A stretch of 64,000 bases of DNA from an uncultured delta proteobacterium (GTDB lineage Bacteria > Myxococcota > Myxococcia > Myxococcales > Myxococcaceae). A model generated the notes under the pieces. It was not told the DNA's origin and made no database searches. It was given only the letters and a program-made list of their open reading frames with translations. This document shows positions 39,645 to 48,778 of this stretch, piece by piece (positions within the stretch are counted from its first letter, which is position 1; every line of letters begins with the position of its first letter). The translations under genes and the position numbers were made by a program. Where the stretch lies: the NCBI GenBank assembly GCA_963796055.1, contig CAWCKH010000003.1:714272-778271 (forward strand), given 5' to 3'.

Positions 39645-40937
39645 ATGGCGCTCGAGGGTCGAGGGAAGCGGGTGCGCATCTACGTGAACGAGGGTGCCCG
39701 GGTCGGCCACCAGTCGGCAGACATCGCGATCCTCACCTTCCTTCGTCGCGAGAACGCGGCCGGAGCCACCGTCTTCCGCGCCATCGAGGGCTTCGGCGGG
39801 CACGGCGAGATCCACACCGCGCGCCTGGTGGACGTGGCCCAGGCGCTGCCGATGGTCATCGAGTGGGTCGACTCGGAGGAGCGCGTCGAGCGCCTGCTGC
39901 CCCGGGTCAAGGAGCTCGTCCCGCGCGGGCTCATCACCGTCGATCCGACCGAGATCGTCCTTTACGAGCCCTATCCTGTTCGCCGCGTCTCGAGTCATCT
40001 GACCGCCGCCAACGTCATGTCCCACGACGTCACCGCCGTCGGGCCCCAGGTGCCGGTTCGCCAGGTCGTGGAGCTGCTTCTCGGGCGGGTCTACCGGGCC
40101 GTTCCCGTCATCGACGGAACGGTTCCGGTCGGGATCATCAGCAACTCCGACCTGGTCACCCGCGGAGGCCTCACCGTCCGGATGGAGCTGTTACCCAGCC
40201 TCGAGGGCCCCGAGCTCCACGACGTGCTCGAGCGGCTCGCCAGGCAACAGAAGACCGCCGGCGAGATCATGACCCCGCACCCGGTGACCGTGCTCGCCAC
40301 GACGCCACTCCCAGAGGTCGCGCAGATCATGGCTCGGCGCCATCTCAAGCGGCTGCCGGTGGTGGGCCCAGGGGGTGGGCTGGTCGGGATCGTCAGTCGT
40401 CTCGATCTGCTCCGCACGGTCGCCGAGGGCTTCTCGCGAAACCAGCCCGAGCCCGACCAGGTCGGGCTGAACGGCGACGCGCCGATCGGGAAGGTGATGC
40501 GTCGCGACGTCCCGACCGTCTTCCCGGAGACCTCGGTCCCGGAGGTGATGCAGGCCGTGTTCTCCACCCGGCTGAATCGCGCGGTGGTGGTGGATGCCGA
40601 GCGCCATGTCCTGGGCCTGGTCACGGACGCCGAGCTCCTGGAACGGGTCACCCCGTCGTTGAAGCCGAGCGCGCTCCAGTCACTGATGCACCGCCTGCCG
40701 CTCCTTCCTCGGCGTCAGGATGCCCGAGGAGTCGAGCAGCACGCGCTCGCCCATACTGCCCGGGAGCTGATGGTGCGGGCAATCCCGACTGCGGAGGAGA
40801 GCACCCCGCTCCGCCAGGCGCTCCGCTCCATGCTCGAAGGCAAGGAGAAGCTCATTGCAGTCGTCGACGGTCAGCGCAAGCTGGTGGGCGTCGTCGACCG
40901 CGCGGACATTCTCCGGGGTCTGGCGGCGCCCGGATAG
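39645..40937 (+). CDS. DUF190 (PII-like) domain fused to four CBS domains
   Basis: RVRIYVNE...AGATVFRAIEGFG...LPMVIEWVD, followed by two CBS pairs (VGIISNSDL, LVGIVSRLDL, LGLVTDAEL, VGVVDRADI). Confidence 0.88.
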   Translation: MALEGRGKRVRIYVNEGARVGHQSADIAILTFLRRENAAGATVFRAIEGFGGHGEIHTARLVDVAQALPMVIEWVDSEERVERLLPRVKELVPRGLITVDPTEIVLYEPYPVRRVSSHLTAANVMSHDVTAVGPQVPVRQVVELLLGRVYRAVPVIDGTVPVGIISNSDLVTRGGLTVRMELLPSLEGPELHDVLERLARQQKTAGEIMTPHPVTVLATTPLPEVAQIMARRHLKRLPVVGPGGGLVGIVSRLDLLRTVAEGFSRNQPEPDQVGLNGDAPIGKVMRRDVPTVFPETSVPEVMQAVFSTRLNRAVVVDAERHVLGLVTDAELLERVTPSLKPSALQSLMHRLPLLPRRQDARGVEQHALAHTARELMVRAIPTAEESTPLRQALRSMLEGKEKLIAVVDGQRKLVGVVDRADILRGLAAPG

Positions 40938-40946
40938 GAGAGACCC

Positions 40947-41372
40947 ATGTTCTCCAGGATCCTCGTGGGGGTCGACGGCTCGTCCCCGAGTCAGCGCGCC
41001 TTCGCGGTCGCGCTCGACCTGGCAAAGCACTACCGCGCCCCGCTCCACGTCTGCTCGGTCATCGAAGACGTGCCTAAATATGACGGCGAGTCGATCGCCG
41101 ACGTCGACGAGGCGGTGGAGCGAGCGCAGAAGGCGTTCGATCGGGTCTACGAATCACTCGCCGGGGAGGCCAAGCGCGAGAAGGTCAAGCTCGTCCGCCA
41201 CGTGATGCCCGGTCACCCAGTGGAGGTCCTCGTACACCTGGCCGAGCAGGAGGGCATCGAGTGCATCGTCCTCGGGGGGCTGGGCCACTCGCGCGTCCTG
41301 CGACGGGCTGCCGGGGGGATGGGAACGCAGGTCGCTTACCACGCACACTGCTCCGTGCTCATCGTGCGCTGA
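40947..41372 (+). CDS. Universal stress protein
   Basis: MFSRILVGVDGS...GHP...IVLG...HAHCSVLIVR. Confidence 0.92.
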   Translation: MFSRILVGVDGSSPSQRAFAVALDLAKHYRAPLHVCSVIEDVPKYDGESIADVDEAVERAQKAFDRVYESLAGEAKREKVKLVRHVMPGHPVEVLVHLAEQEGIECIVLGGLGHSRVLRRAAGGMGTQVAYHAHCSVLIVR

Positions 41373-41404
41373 GACCCGCCGGCCGCCCTTGCAGGGGCAG
41401 TGCT

Positions 41405-41475
41405 CTACCCTCGATCGGGACTTCCTGGCACACTTGCCGAACCGCGTCTGGAGCACCGACATCACCTACGTCGCT
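41405..41475 (+). pseudogene. Tiny IS3-family transposase remnant
   Basis: TLDRDFLAHLPNRVWSTDITYV matches the start of the IS3 integrase core domain. Confidence 0.65.
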
Positions 41476-41549
41476 GGCCCTCCGCGTTCCTGCCGCGGGC
41501 CTGGTCCACCACTCCGACCGGGGAAGCTCAGGATCGCCAAGGGACTTTC

Positions 41550-41993
41550 CTACTGGAGGACGGCCCGCATGGCGACGGCGCTCCTGGGGCACGCTCCATG
41601 CAGCTCCTCGGAGGCGTTCAGGACCTCCGGTAACTCCTCGCGTCGAGCCACGGTGAAGCCGAACCGAGGAAACCAGTCGGGCGCAGTGGTCGTCAGGAGA
41701 AAGACGTCGCGGACGCCACCTTCGCGAGCCCGCTCCAGGAGCGCTCGGACCAGAGCGGTTCCGAGCCCGTTGCCCGCCAAGTTGTCGGCGACTGCCACCG
41801 ACCGGAGCAGCCCAACGTTCCCGTAGCGCTCGAGTCCGGCAACTCCGAGCACCGCCCCGTTCGTCTCGCTCGTTGCCACGATGAAATCCGGGAGATGAAT
41901 GTCCGCGCCCTCGGTCGGCAGATGACGTGCCTCAAGCAACGCCCGGATCCTGGGCCAGTCGCTCGCGCGTGCCAGGCGGATGGACGGGGTCAC
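41550..41993 (-). CDS. arsN2: Arsenic-resistance GNAT acetyltransferase (ArsN2-like)
   Basis: GLLRSVAV...GNGLG...FLLTTTAPDWF...CPRSAVAM; last gene of the ars operon. Confidence 0.8.
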   Translation of the reverse strand: MTPSIRLARASDWPRIRALLEARHLPTEGADIHLPDFIVATSETNGAVLGVAGLERYGNVGLLRSVAVADNLAGNGLGTALVRALLERAREGGVRDVFLLTTTAPDWFPRFGFTVARREELPEVLNASEELHGACPRSAVAMRAVLQ

Positions 41994-42511
41994 GCGGCAG
42001 AGTCCGGGGACTTCAGTCGCTCGAGGCCGATGTCCTTCGTCAGCTTCTCCACCTTGAGCCTTTCGAGCTGCTCAAGAGGGAGCGAGGTGAAGATCTGCAA
42101 GCGCCGGTACAGGGTGAGAGCGACGCTGTGGAAGAAGCGTTCCTTTTCGCTCTCGGACCCAACGAAGGCAGCCGGGTCGTCCACGCCCCAATGCGCCACG
42201 ATCGGCTGTCCCGGCCAGACAGGGCACGTCTCGCGTGCGTTGTCGCAGACGGTGATCACGAAGTCGAAGTTGGTCCTCCGGAATTCGTCCCACGACTTGC
42301 TGCGAGCATCGCTTGCGTCGATCGCAAAACGTTCACGGAGCACCTTCACCGCAAGCGGATTCACGACGCCGGTTGGCATGGCCCCGGCGCTGTAGGACTC
42401 GAATCGCGCTCCTCCAAGCCGCTTCAGGAAGTACTCGGCGAAGACGCTCCGGGCCGAGTTGCCGGTGCAGAGGAAGAGCACCCGAAATGGACGACGCTGG
42501 TCGGTCTTCAT
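41990..42511 (-). CDS. arsC: Arsenate reductase (LMW-PTP type)
   Basis: VLFLCTGNSARS, VITVCDNA, CPVWPG and HWGVDDP. Confidence 0.9.
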   Translation of the reverse strand: MKTDQRRPFRVLFLCTGNSARSVFAEYFLKRLGGARFESYSAGAMPTGVVNPLAVKVLRERFAIDASDARSKSWDEFRRTNFDFVITVCDNARETCPVWPGQPIVAHWGVDDPAAFVGSESEKERFFHSVALTLYRRLQIFTSLPLEQLERLKVEKLTKDIGLERLKSPDSAA

Positions 42512-42536
42512 GCGACGGCTCCTGGGGTACCGAGGG

Positions 42537-43688
42537 TCAGGAAACGCTGGCGGTCGGGTCGCCAGCACCGCTGCTCTGATCGCCGCCGACGCGGCGCGGG
42601 AGGACCGGGGCACCCGAGCCCCGAAAGAGACGTTTCTTGAGCCAGAGCGACAGGTACACGAGCGCGATCAGCGCGGGCACCTCGATGAGCGGCCCGACCA
42701 CGCCGGCGAGAGCCTCGCCGGAGGAGATTCCAAACACACCGACGGCCACCGCGATGGCCAGCTCGAAGTTGTTGCCGGCGGCGGTGAACGAGAGGCTCGC
42801 GGTTTCCTCGTAGGTGAAGCCAAGACGCCGCGCGAGGAAGAAGGCACTCGTGAACATCACCCCGAAGTAGACCAAGAGCGGGATCGCGATCCGCACCACA
42901 TCGACCGGCAAGCGCGTGATCTTGTCTCCCTGCATCGCGAACATGAGGACGATGGTGTAGAGCAGGCCGACCAGCGCGGTGGGGCCGAGGCGCGGCAGGA
43001 ATTTCTCCTCGTACCAGGCTGACCCCTTCAGCCTGACCAGGGAGTAGCGCGTGAACGCACCGGCCACGAGGGGGACGCCGAGGAAGATCAGCACGCTCTT
43101 GGCGATGGCCCACACCGAGACGTCGAACGAGCTACCTGACTGCCCGAGCCAGCCGGGCACGACGGTGATGAAGAGCCATCCGAGGAAGGAGTAGCAGAGG
43201 ATCTGAAACAGCGAGTTGAGGGCGACCAGCACCGCCGCGAGCTCATTGCTGCCACGGGCGAGCATGTTCCAGATCAGCACCATCGCGATGCAGCGGGCCA
43301 GGCCGATGAGGACGAGCCCGGTGCGGTAGTGCGGCAGGTCGGGCAGGAACACCCAGGCCAGCGCGAACATCAGCACGGGTCCGGCGATCCAGTTCAGGAC
43401 CAGGGAGGTCGCGAAGAGCTTCCCGCGCGTCCGCAGCCCATGGACCTCGCCGTAACGCACTTTCGCGAGCACCGGATACATCATCCAGAGCAGGCCGACC
43501 GCGATCGGCAACGAAACGGTGTCGAGCTTCACCGAGTCCAGCCGCGCCCCGAGATCCGGAAACAGACGGCCGAGCAGGAGCCCGAGCGCCATGGCTCCCC
43601 CGATCCAGACCGGAAGGAGGCGGTCAACGACCGAGAGGCGCTGGATGACGCGAGGAGCAGCGGGCTGCGCGATAGCAGTCGCGGTCAT
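42537..43688 (-). CDS. acr3: ACR3-family arsenite efflux transporter
   Basis: MMYPVLAKV, GLARCIAMV, GNNFELAIAVA and GPLIEVP. Confidence 0.95.
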   Translation of the reverse strand: MTATAIAQPAAPRVIQRLSVVDRLLPVWIGGAMALGLLLGRLFPDLGARLDSVKLDTVSLPIAVGLLWMMYPVLAKVRYGEVHGLRTRGKLFATSLVLNWIAGPVLMFALAWVFLPDLPHYRTGLVLIGLARCIAMVLIWNMLARGSNELAAVLVALNSLFQILCYSFLGWLFITVVPGWLGQSGSSFDVSVWAIAKSVLIFLGVPLVAGAFTRYSLVRLKGSAWYEEKFLPRLGPTALVGLLYTIVLMFAMQGDKITRLPVDVVRIAIPLLVYFGVMFTSAFFLARRLGFTYEETASLSFTAAGNNFELAIAVAVGVFGISSGEALAGVVGPLIEVPALIALVYLSLWLKKRLFRGSGAPVLPRRVGGDQSSGAGDPTASVS

Positions 43689-43700
43689 CGGGTCGAACCC

Positions 43701-44159
43701 TCAGCCGCCGCAGCCTGCCGTGCCGCGCACTATCGCGGGGGTGCAGCAAGCTGCCGATTGAGCACCCTGGCCCTCCGCCGGCGCCTCCCCGTACGTCGTG
43801 CTCTCTCCGGTCGTGAGGAACGTCTCCCACGAGACTCCCGAGGGATCCAGCACCCATGCCTTCTCGGACTTCGCGTAGCAGCAGGTGGTCGCACCCTCGT
43901 CGAAAAGGGCCCTGCCCGCGGCCTGGAGTCGGTGAGCCACCTGGCTCAACTCCGCTTTCTCCTCGACCTGGATCCCGAGATGGTCAATCCCGGCCGCGCG
44001 ACCCCGTGCAGAGATGGCGAAGTTGACGCGTGGGTCGTCGAGCATCCACTTCGCGTAATCGGGCTTGAGCACCGTGGGCGCTGTCGCGAAGAGCGCCGAG
44101 TAGAACTCCACAGACTGCTCGACGTTTTCAACGGCGACGTGTACGTGCAGACGCTTCAC
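43701..44159 (-). CDS. ArsI/CadI-family VOC metalloenzyme
   Basis: RLHVHVAV...YAKWMLDDPRVNFAIS...HLGIQ...TTCCYAKSEKAWVLDP. Confidence 0.88.
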   Translation of the reverse strand: MKRLHVHVAVENVEQSVEFYSALFATAPTVLKPDYAKWMLDDPRVNFAISARGRAAGIDHLGIQVEEKAELSQVAHRLQAAGRALFDEGATTCCYAKSEKAWVLDPSGVSWETFLTTGESTTYGEAPAEGQGAQSAACCTPAIVRGTAGCGG

Positions 44160-44493
44160 GCTTCACTCCTTCGTCCCGCTCGGGGACTTCACACACGGGA
44201 GCGCAGCCCGCTCCCCCGCAGCAGTTCTCGGTCAGGTACGCCACCAGGGCGTTCATCCGGTCGAAGTTGGCCGAGTAGATGAGCTGCCGGCTCTGGCGCT
44301 CCTGAGTGGTGAGACCGGCGTGCATCAGTTGATGAAGGTGGAACGACAGGGAAGACGCCGGCACCCCGAGCGCCTCGCCGATGGCACCCGCCGCCATCCC
44401 CTCTGGGCCCTTCTGCACGAGCAGTCGATAGATGGCGAGCCTGGTCTCCTGCGCCAGCGAGCCGAGACCAGCGATGACCTCGCGCGTCTTCAT
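44128..44493 (-). CDS. arsR: ArsR/SmtB repressor with C-terminal Cys-Cys site
   Basis: LAQETRLAIYRLL...SSLSFHL...YLTENCC. Confidence 0.92.
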   Translation of the reverse strand: MKTREVIAGLGSLAQETRLAIYRLLVQKGPEGMAAGAIGEALGVPASSLSFHLHQLMHAGLTTQERQSRQLIYSANFDRMNALVAYLTENCCGGAGCAPVCEVPERDEGVKREASARTRRR

Positions 44494-44523
44494 GCGATCC
44501 TTCTAGGACTGTCGAAGGACTCC

Positions 44524-44552
44524 TGTCAACCATATTTCGAGAACCATCGAAA
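44524..44552 (-). promoter_or_regulatory. Putative ars promoter -35 and ArsR operator
   Basis: TTGACA on the minus strand at 44529-44524; inverted repeat TTTCGA-N6-TCGAAA at 44535-44552. Confidence 0.55.
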
Positions 44553-44695
44553 GTTGCTCGACGTTCTTCGGGAGCCGGTCTGCACATGCTGCGCTCGCCC
44601 GCGCGGCCAGACGAGGAGCTCGAGCACCGCGGACGACACCACGCGGGGCGGAACTTCCGCCTTCCCCGGTATGTCGTCGACGTTCTCGAGCCGAG

Positions 44696-44770
44696 ATGAA
44701 CCCCAAGAGGCTCAACATCCTGGGCTATGTCCAGGAGCTTCTTCTCCGCCGATACGAGGCGCTTCACGAG
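44696..44770 (+). pseudogene. 3' fragment of a paralogue of the 55141-55473 regulator
   Basis: KRLNILGYVQELLLRRYEAL versus KKLNILGYVQELLLRRYEAL in 55141-55473. Confidence 0.8.
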
Positions 44771-44789
44771 CAGAGCCCGCTTCCGACGC

Positions 44790-45126
44790 CTCCCTCCGGC
44801 GCTGCCCCAGGTGCAACATGCGGCTCTGGCCCAAGCCGGTCGTCCGCCCCATTCGGTTCCACGACCTCCATCGCACGACGGCGACGCTGCTTCTCCGCGA
44901 GAAGGTGCTCCGACACCGAGACCCGAAGCTGACCGAGCAGGTCTACGGACATCTCGCCGATGACTTCCTCAGAGACGGCGTCGACCGGCTCCACTTCGAG
45001 GGGATGCCCGAGCCTGCATCGGTTCCGTCCATCGCGTTTGCGAGCGGGAGCGGGACCCAACCGGGCGTTGATGCTCAAAGGGCCGGAGTCCCGAGACGAA
45101 AACCCGAGGACGTCCGGCCCTTTTGA
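44790..45126 (+). pseudogene. Tyrosine integrase remnant (box II region, internal deletion)
   Basis: RRCPRCNMRLWPKPVVRPIRFHDLHRTTATLLL...LRHRDPKLTEQVYGHL; paralogous to 55849-57420. Confidence 0.85.
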
Positions 45127-45128
45127 CT

Positions 45129-45172
45129 TGAGCGGGAGACGGGGGTCGAACCCGCGACCCTCGGCTTGGGAA
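45129..45172 (-). repeat. att core copy 2 (3' half of tRNA-Gly CCC)
   Basis: 44-bp identity with 57168-57211. Reverse complement TTCCCAAGCCGAGGGTCGCGGGTTCGACCCCCGTCTCCCGCTC spans anticodon loop, T-arm and acceptor strand. Confidence 0.92.
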
Positions 45173-45492
45173 TTGGCTCTCCGAGCCTCCAGGTGCGTCC
45201 CGCGGTGTCCAACGCCGCGAAACCTCTCCAGCACCCTGGAGCCGTTGGACGCCCAGAGAGTGCGTGGACGGCCTCCCGCACGGCACCCGCACGGCAGAAA
45301 CCGATGGCCGTGGGTCTGGTCCGCGGTCTGGCACTGCTGACGGTACGCGAGGCGGCCGAGCTGCTCCGCGTCCGCCCGGTGACGGTGTACCGCCTGTGCG
45401 CCCGCGGCGCCCTGCTCCACTCCCGGGTGTCGAACGCTATCCGGATCCGCGCCGACGACCTCGAGCGCCTCCTCGCCGGAAACGAGGGGTAG
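45166..45492 (+). CDS. Detached 3' portion of the integrase carrying an excisionase-like HTH_17 domain
   Basis: LLTVREAAELLRVRPVTVYRLCARGALLHSRVSNAIRI, in frame with the att-core reading ERETGVEPATLGLG. Confidence 0.75.
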   Translation: MGIGSPSLQVRPAVSNAAKPLQHPGAVGRPESAWTASRTAPARQKPMAVGLVRGLALLTVREAAELLRVRPVTVYRLCARGALLHSRVSNAIRIRADDLERLLAGNEG

Positions 45493-45719
45493 GCCCACGG
45501 CGCCGATGCCTCCAGAACGGCCGGATCAGGCTCACGGTGCAAAGAAGCAGGCCATGCCCATCCCCGGCGTCCCCCAGAATCGGGCGAGGCGCTCCTGGCT
45601 CGGGCCTTCGGGCAAGGTGGCCACCGAGCTCGAGCTCCTGAGGCCGACGGCCCGTCGCGGGCCGGGGTTGAGCAGAACTCGAGGACCTGATGAAGGCCGT
45701 GGACCGGGCGATGCACTCC

Positions 45720-45975
45720 GCTCTGAATCAGCAACCCCCGTCCTGCTAGGCCACGACCAGAGGGGGCGGCGCGGTGCGCCTGGGCGTCATCCAGGGCCGC
45801 AAGAAGACCCGGGCGGTCGGCGAGCTCGACTGCCCCGCTGACCCCCAGGTCCTCGCGGCAGCAGACGACCTCGAAGCAGCTGGCCTTCGCCCATCTCTGA
45901 TGGCCGTTCGCTGTGCCTCGGGACCGAAGTGCTGCTCCTCGGTGGAGACACGGAGGTAGGCCACCGTCGTGCGTC
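45720..45975 (-). pseudogene. Serine recombinase (resolvase) N-terminal remnant, frameshifted
   Basis: VAYLRVSTEEQ...GPEAQR in one frame and EDLGVSGA...DRPGLLAAL in another. Confidence 0.75.
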
Positions 45976-46314
45976 TCTGCACCTGCATCCGCCTGGCTAC
46001 CAACACGCCTCGGACCGAACTCGGCGCTCCACGATCCGATGGGTCTCGCTCCCGAAGTTCCACTCCGCAAGGCTACCCCTCGGCGATGCTCTCCCGCGCC
46101 TTCCGTCTTGAGCTCCAATTCGGAGCTCGATGACTCCATCCCTCCGGTCCAAGTTCCTCCGGTCGGCGTGCTCCATCGCAGCGCACCCGTGTCTCGCTCT
46201 ACCCAATGCTCTCCTCCACCTCGCTTTGTCTCTCCATCTCCTTCCCATCGGATCGTTCAGGACTGGCTTCATGACCCTGGACCCCGTTGCCCACCCCGTT
46301 GGTTCTCAGGGGGT

Positions 46315-46378
46315 CCCCAAGTTTTCCGTCCACGCCCTCAGTTTCATGGTTGCGAGGGCGTGGACGGGAAACTTGGGG
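46315..46378. repeat. Long inverted repeat (25-bp arms, 14-nt loop)
   Basis: CCCCAAGTTTTCCGTCCACGCCCTC and GAGGGCGTGGACGGGAAACTTGGGG pair with one mismatch (G.U in RNA). Confidence 0.9.
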
Positions 46379-46781
46379 GGCTTCCGGCGCTGCATCCGAT
46401 GTCGGGTGGGCGAGGGCACAAGGGCGCGGAATCCAGAACAAGCCGCGTCCGATTCCACCCCCGCTTCCGCCCCGAAGTGGCCCGGAAACACGCCCGATCC
46501 AGGAGCGCATTCTCGGGCGTATTCGCGGGCGAATTGGAGGGCCACTTAGAGCCTCAAAAGGGCGATCCCGCAATCGATTGCGGGGCCGAGGATCTCCGGG
46601 CGAACCGGACGAAGGCCCAGCTCGTCGCGGACCACTGGCTCGTGACTGATCGCTGCGCCGTGGAGCGCACTCGACGAGCACCTCGGGGATGGCCAGGTGG
46701 ATGGACAGCGCCCAGAGTCGTGGGTCCGCTGCGGCGCCTAGCTTGCGGTCCGAGCGACTTGCGAAGTAGACATGCGCCCCG

Positions 46782-47187
46782 ATGCGCGCCGCGAGTGCAG
46801 CGCCAGGGACCCCGAAGACCGTCCTTCTGACGGCGCTGGCGCTCGTTGCGCTCCACGCCGCCCAGCTCGGCCATCTCGTGGTCGGTCGGCACGGGATCTG
46901 CCCCGAGCACGGCGAGATCATCGAGCTGCCCCCAGCGGCCCAGACCCCAGTAGCGCTTCCACCGGCCGGTGAGTCGGCGGTGGCCGCCGGTCGGTCGGAT
47001 GCCCTCGAGCACGTCCCCTGCCCCGTCTTCTATGGAAGACGCGACTCGCTTGTTTCGAGTCCGCCCGTGGTGCGGGTGCTCGCGCTCCATCCACCTCCGG
47101 CGGATTCTGAAGGCGCCCGAGGTCTGGCCGTCCGACGACTCGGGGCGCATCGACGTCGCGCCCAAGCAGTCGCCCCCAGTGGTCTAG
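46782..47187 (+). pseudogene. Putative His/Cys metal-sensing leader protein ending APKQSPP, frameshifted
   Basis: TM segment, HLVVGRHGICPEHGE and EHVPCPV in frame 46782; DVAPKQSPPVV-stop in the +1 frame ending at 47187; sits upstream of the TonB module. Confidence 0.55.
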
Positions 47188-47410
47188 GCGCCCTCCTTCG
47201 CTGGACGCCGGCGCTCGCGCGGATCTCGGTTCGCGCCGGGCGCGAGTGGCGCTTCGCGGCAGGAGGCGGCGCCTGCGGTCGGCGTAGCGCCCGTCCGACA
47301 TCGTCGGGCAGGAGCTGCACGCGACCGTCAACTGCGTTCTCCCGCGCGGGTCGTCTGCGCGCGGGCGGTCCCTTCGTTGACACCACTCCTGCCTCTCGAG
47401 GTCTCACACC

Positions 47411-48667
47411 ATGCGTCGTTCACTTGTCCCCGTCCTGGGGACCGTCGTCCTGGCTCTCTCCGCCTGTGGAAGTAGCTCCGGTAACCCAAACGGAGGCACG
47501 GACGGGGGTATCAGCAGAACCTTCACTCCTCCCTTCACTCCCAACTCGCAGCAGCTCGACAAGTCCATCCGGGTGACCTTTTCCGGAGAGACTTTCGGGG
47601 TCGACGGGTTGCCGTATCCCGGAAACTGCAACGGCGGGCCGGATGCCTTGTTCTTCGTCGACGGCTGGAGCGTCAGCTTCGACGAGTACCTGGTCGTGGT
47701 GGACAACATCCGGCTGAACGCCACGGCCGGGAACGCGATCCAGACCGACGTGGGTTCGCTGGTCGCGAGCTCCACGGGCGGACCCTGGATCCTCGACATG
47801 CACAAACCCTCCGGGTTCGTCGGAGCGGATGGCGAGGAACCGGCCGGAGCGCTCTACCTCTTCACGGGTCCCAACAGCGGCGGGAGCTTCGATCCGGCCG
47901 TCAAGTACGCGTTCAGCTACGACGTGGTCCAGGCCAAGGCGGGGATCGTCAACGTGAATCTCTCCGACTCCCAGGTGAGCAACGAGGTCGCCCAGATGAT
48001 CAGCAAGGGCTGGAGCAAGTTCGTGAAGGGCAAGGCGGTCTTCGCCGGAACCGCGGGCTACCCGGGCGATGCGACGCTCGACGCCAAGTTCAAGGCTTTT
48101 CCCCAGACGGTCTATTTCAGCTTTGGCTGGGACGATCACGACAGCGCCATCAACTGCAACAACCCCGACTTCAACCTTGCCGAGGACGATCCGGCGGGTC
48201 GGGGCGTCCAAGTCACGCCCACCGGCGCGGTCTACGCGCAGGTCACCCTGCACACCGACCACATCTTCTGGGACCAGCTGATCATCCACGGCACTCCCCT
48301 GCACTTCGACCAGATCGCCGCCTGGGCCACTGCTGCCAACTCCAACCCGAGCACCCCGCTGGCGATCGACCAGGTTCTCGGGAAGCCGCTGGCAGCGACC
48401 TTCGCCGACGGCACGCCGCTGCCTGACCGGGGCCCCACGCAACCGACGGCCGCCTGCTACGACAGCTCGTTCCAGCCCAACCCGGCGCAGCTGACGTTCC
48501 ACCTCTCGGGAAGCGCGGGATCAGTTCCTTCCTCGGTGGTGAAGAACTTGGCTGACTTCATGGCCTTCAGCGGCCAGTCGCAGATGCACCTGAACGCCGA
48601 CGGCCTCTGTTACAACACCGGCCAGCACGCCAGCGACCCGTTCTACGTGCCGGGGCTTCCAAAGTAA
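47411..48667 (+). CDS. Lipoprotein associated with TonB-dependent uptake
   Basis: Lipobox LSAC; DGWSVSFDEYLV, QVTLHTDHIFW and HLNADGLC. Confidence 0.8.
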   Translation: MRRSLVPVLGTVVLALSACGSSSGNPNGGTDGGISRTFTPPFTPNSQQLDKSIRVTFSGETFGVDGLPYPGNCNGGPDALFFVDGWSVSFDEYLVVVDNIRLNATAGNAIQTDVGSLVASSTGGPWILDMHKPSGFVGADGEEPAGALYLFTGPNSGGSFDPAVKYAFSYDVVQAKAGIVNVNLSDSQVSNEVAQMISKGWSKFVKGKAVFAGTAGYPGDATLDAKFKAFPQTVYFSFGWDDHDSAINCNNPDFNLAEDDPAGRGVQVTPTGAVYAQVTLHTDHIFWDQLIIHGTPLHFDQIAAWATAANSNPSTPLAIDQVLGKPLAATFADGTPLPDRGPTQPTAACYDSSFQPNPAQLTFHLSGSAGSVPSSVVKNLADFMAFSGQSQMHLNADGLCYNTGQHASDPFYVPGLPK

Positions 48668-48778
48668 TCGTGCGCACTGTGGACGGCCGACCTCCTCACC
48701 GGTCGGCCGTCCTCGCCCGAGAGCCCAGGTCGCTGCACGGCCCCGAGCGCTCGAACGATTCCCAATGCAAGGACCGAC

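Larger units (their letters stand above)
31195..45172. mobile_element. Integrative element 1 (fluoride and arsenic resistance cargo; integrase decayed)
   Basis: Bounded by tRNA-Gly core copies; integrase remnant at the right end; left end homologous to 57212-57395. Confidence 0.75.

Noticed and set aside
45129..45210. Intact tRNA-Gly gene at any of the three core copies
   Set aside because: Only the anticodon loop to acceptor 3' strand is present; the adjacent sequence gives no D-arm or 5' acceptor strand.
47190..47410. Cobalamin riboswitch upstream of the TonB module
   Set aside because: GC-rich hairpins are present, but no B12-box or other cobalamin consensus elements were recognisable.
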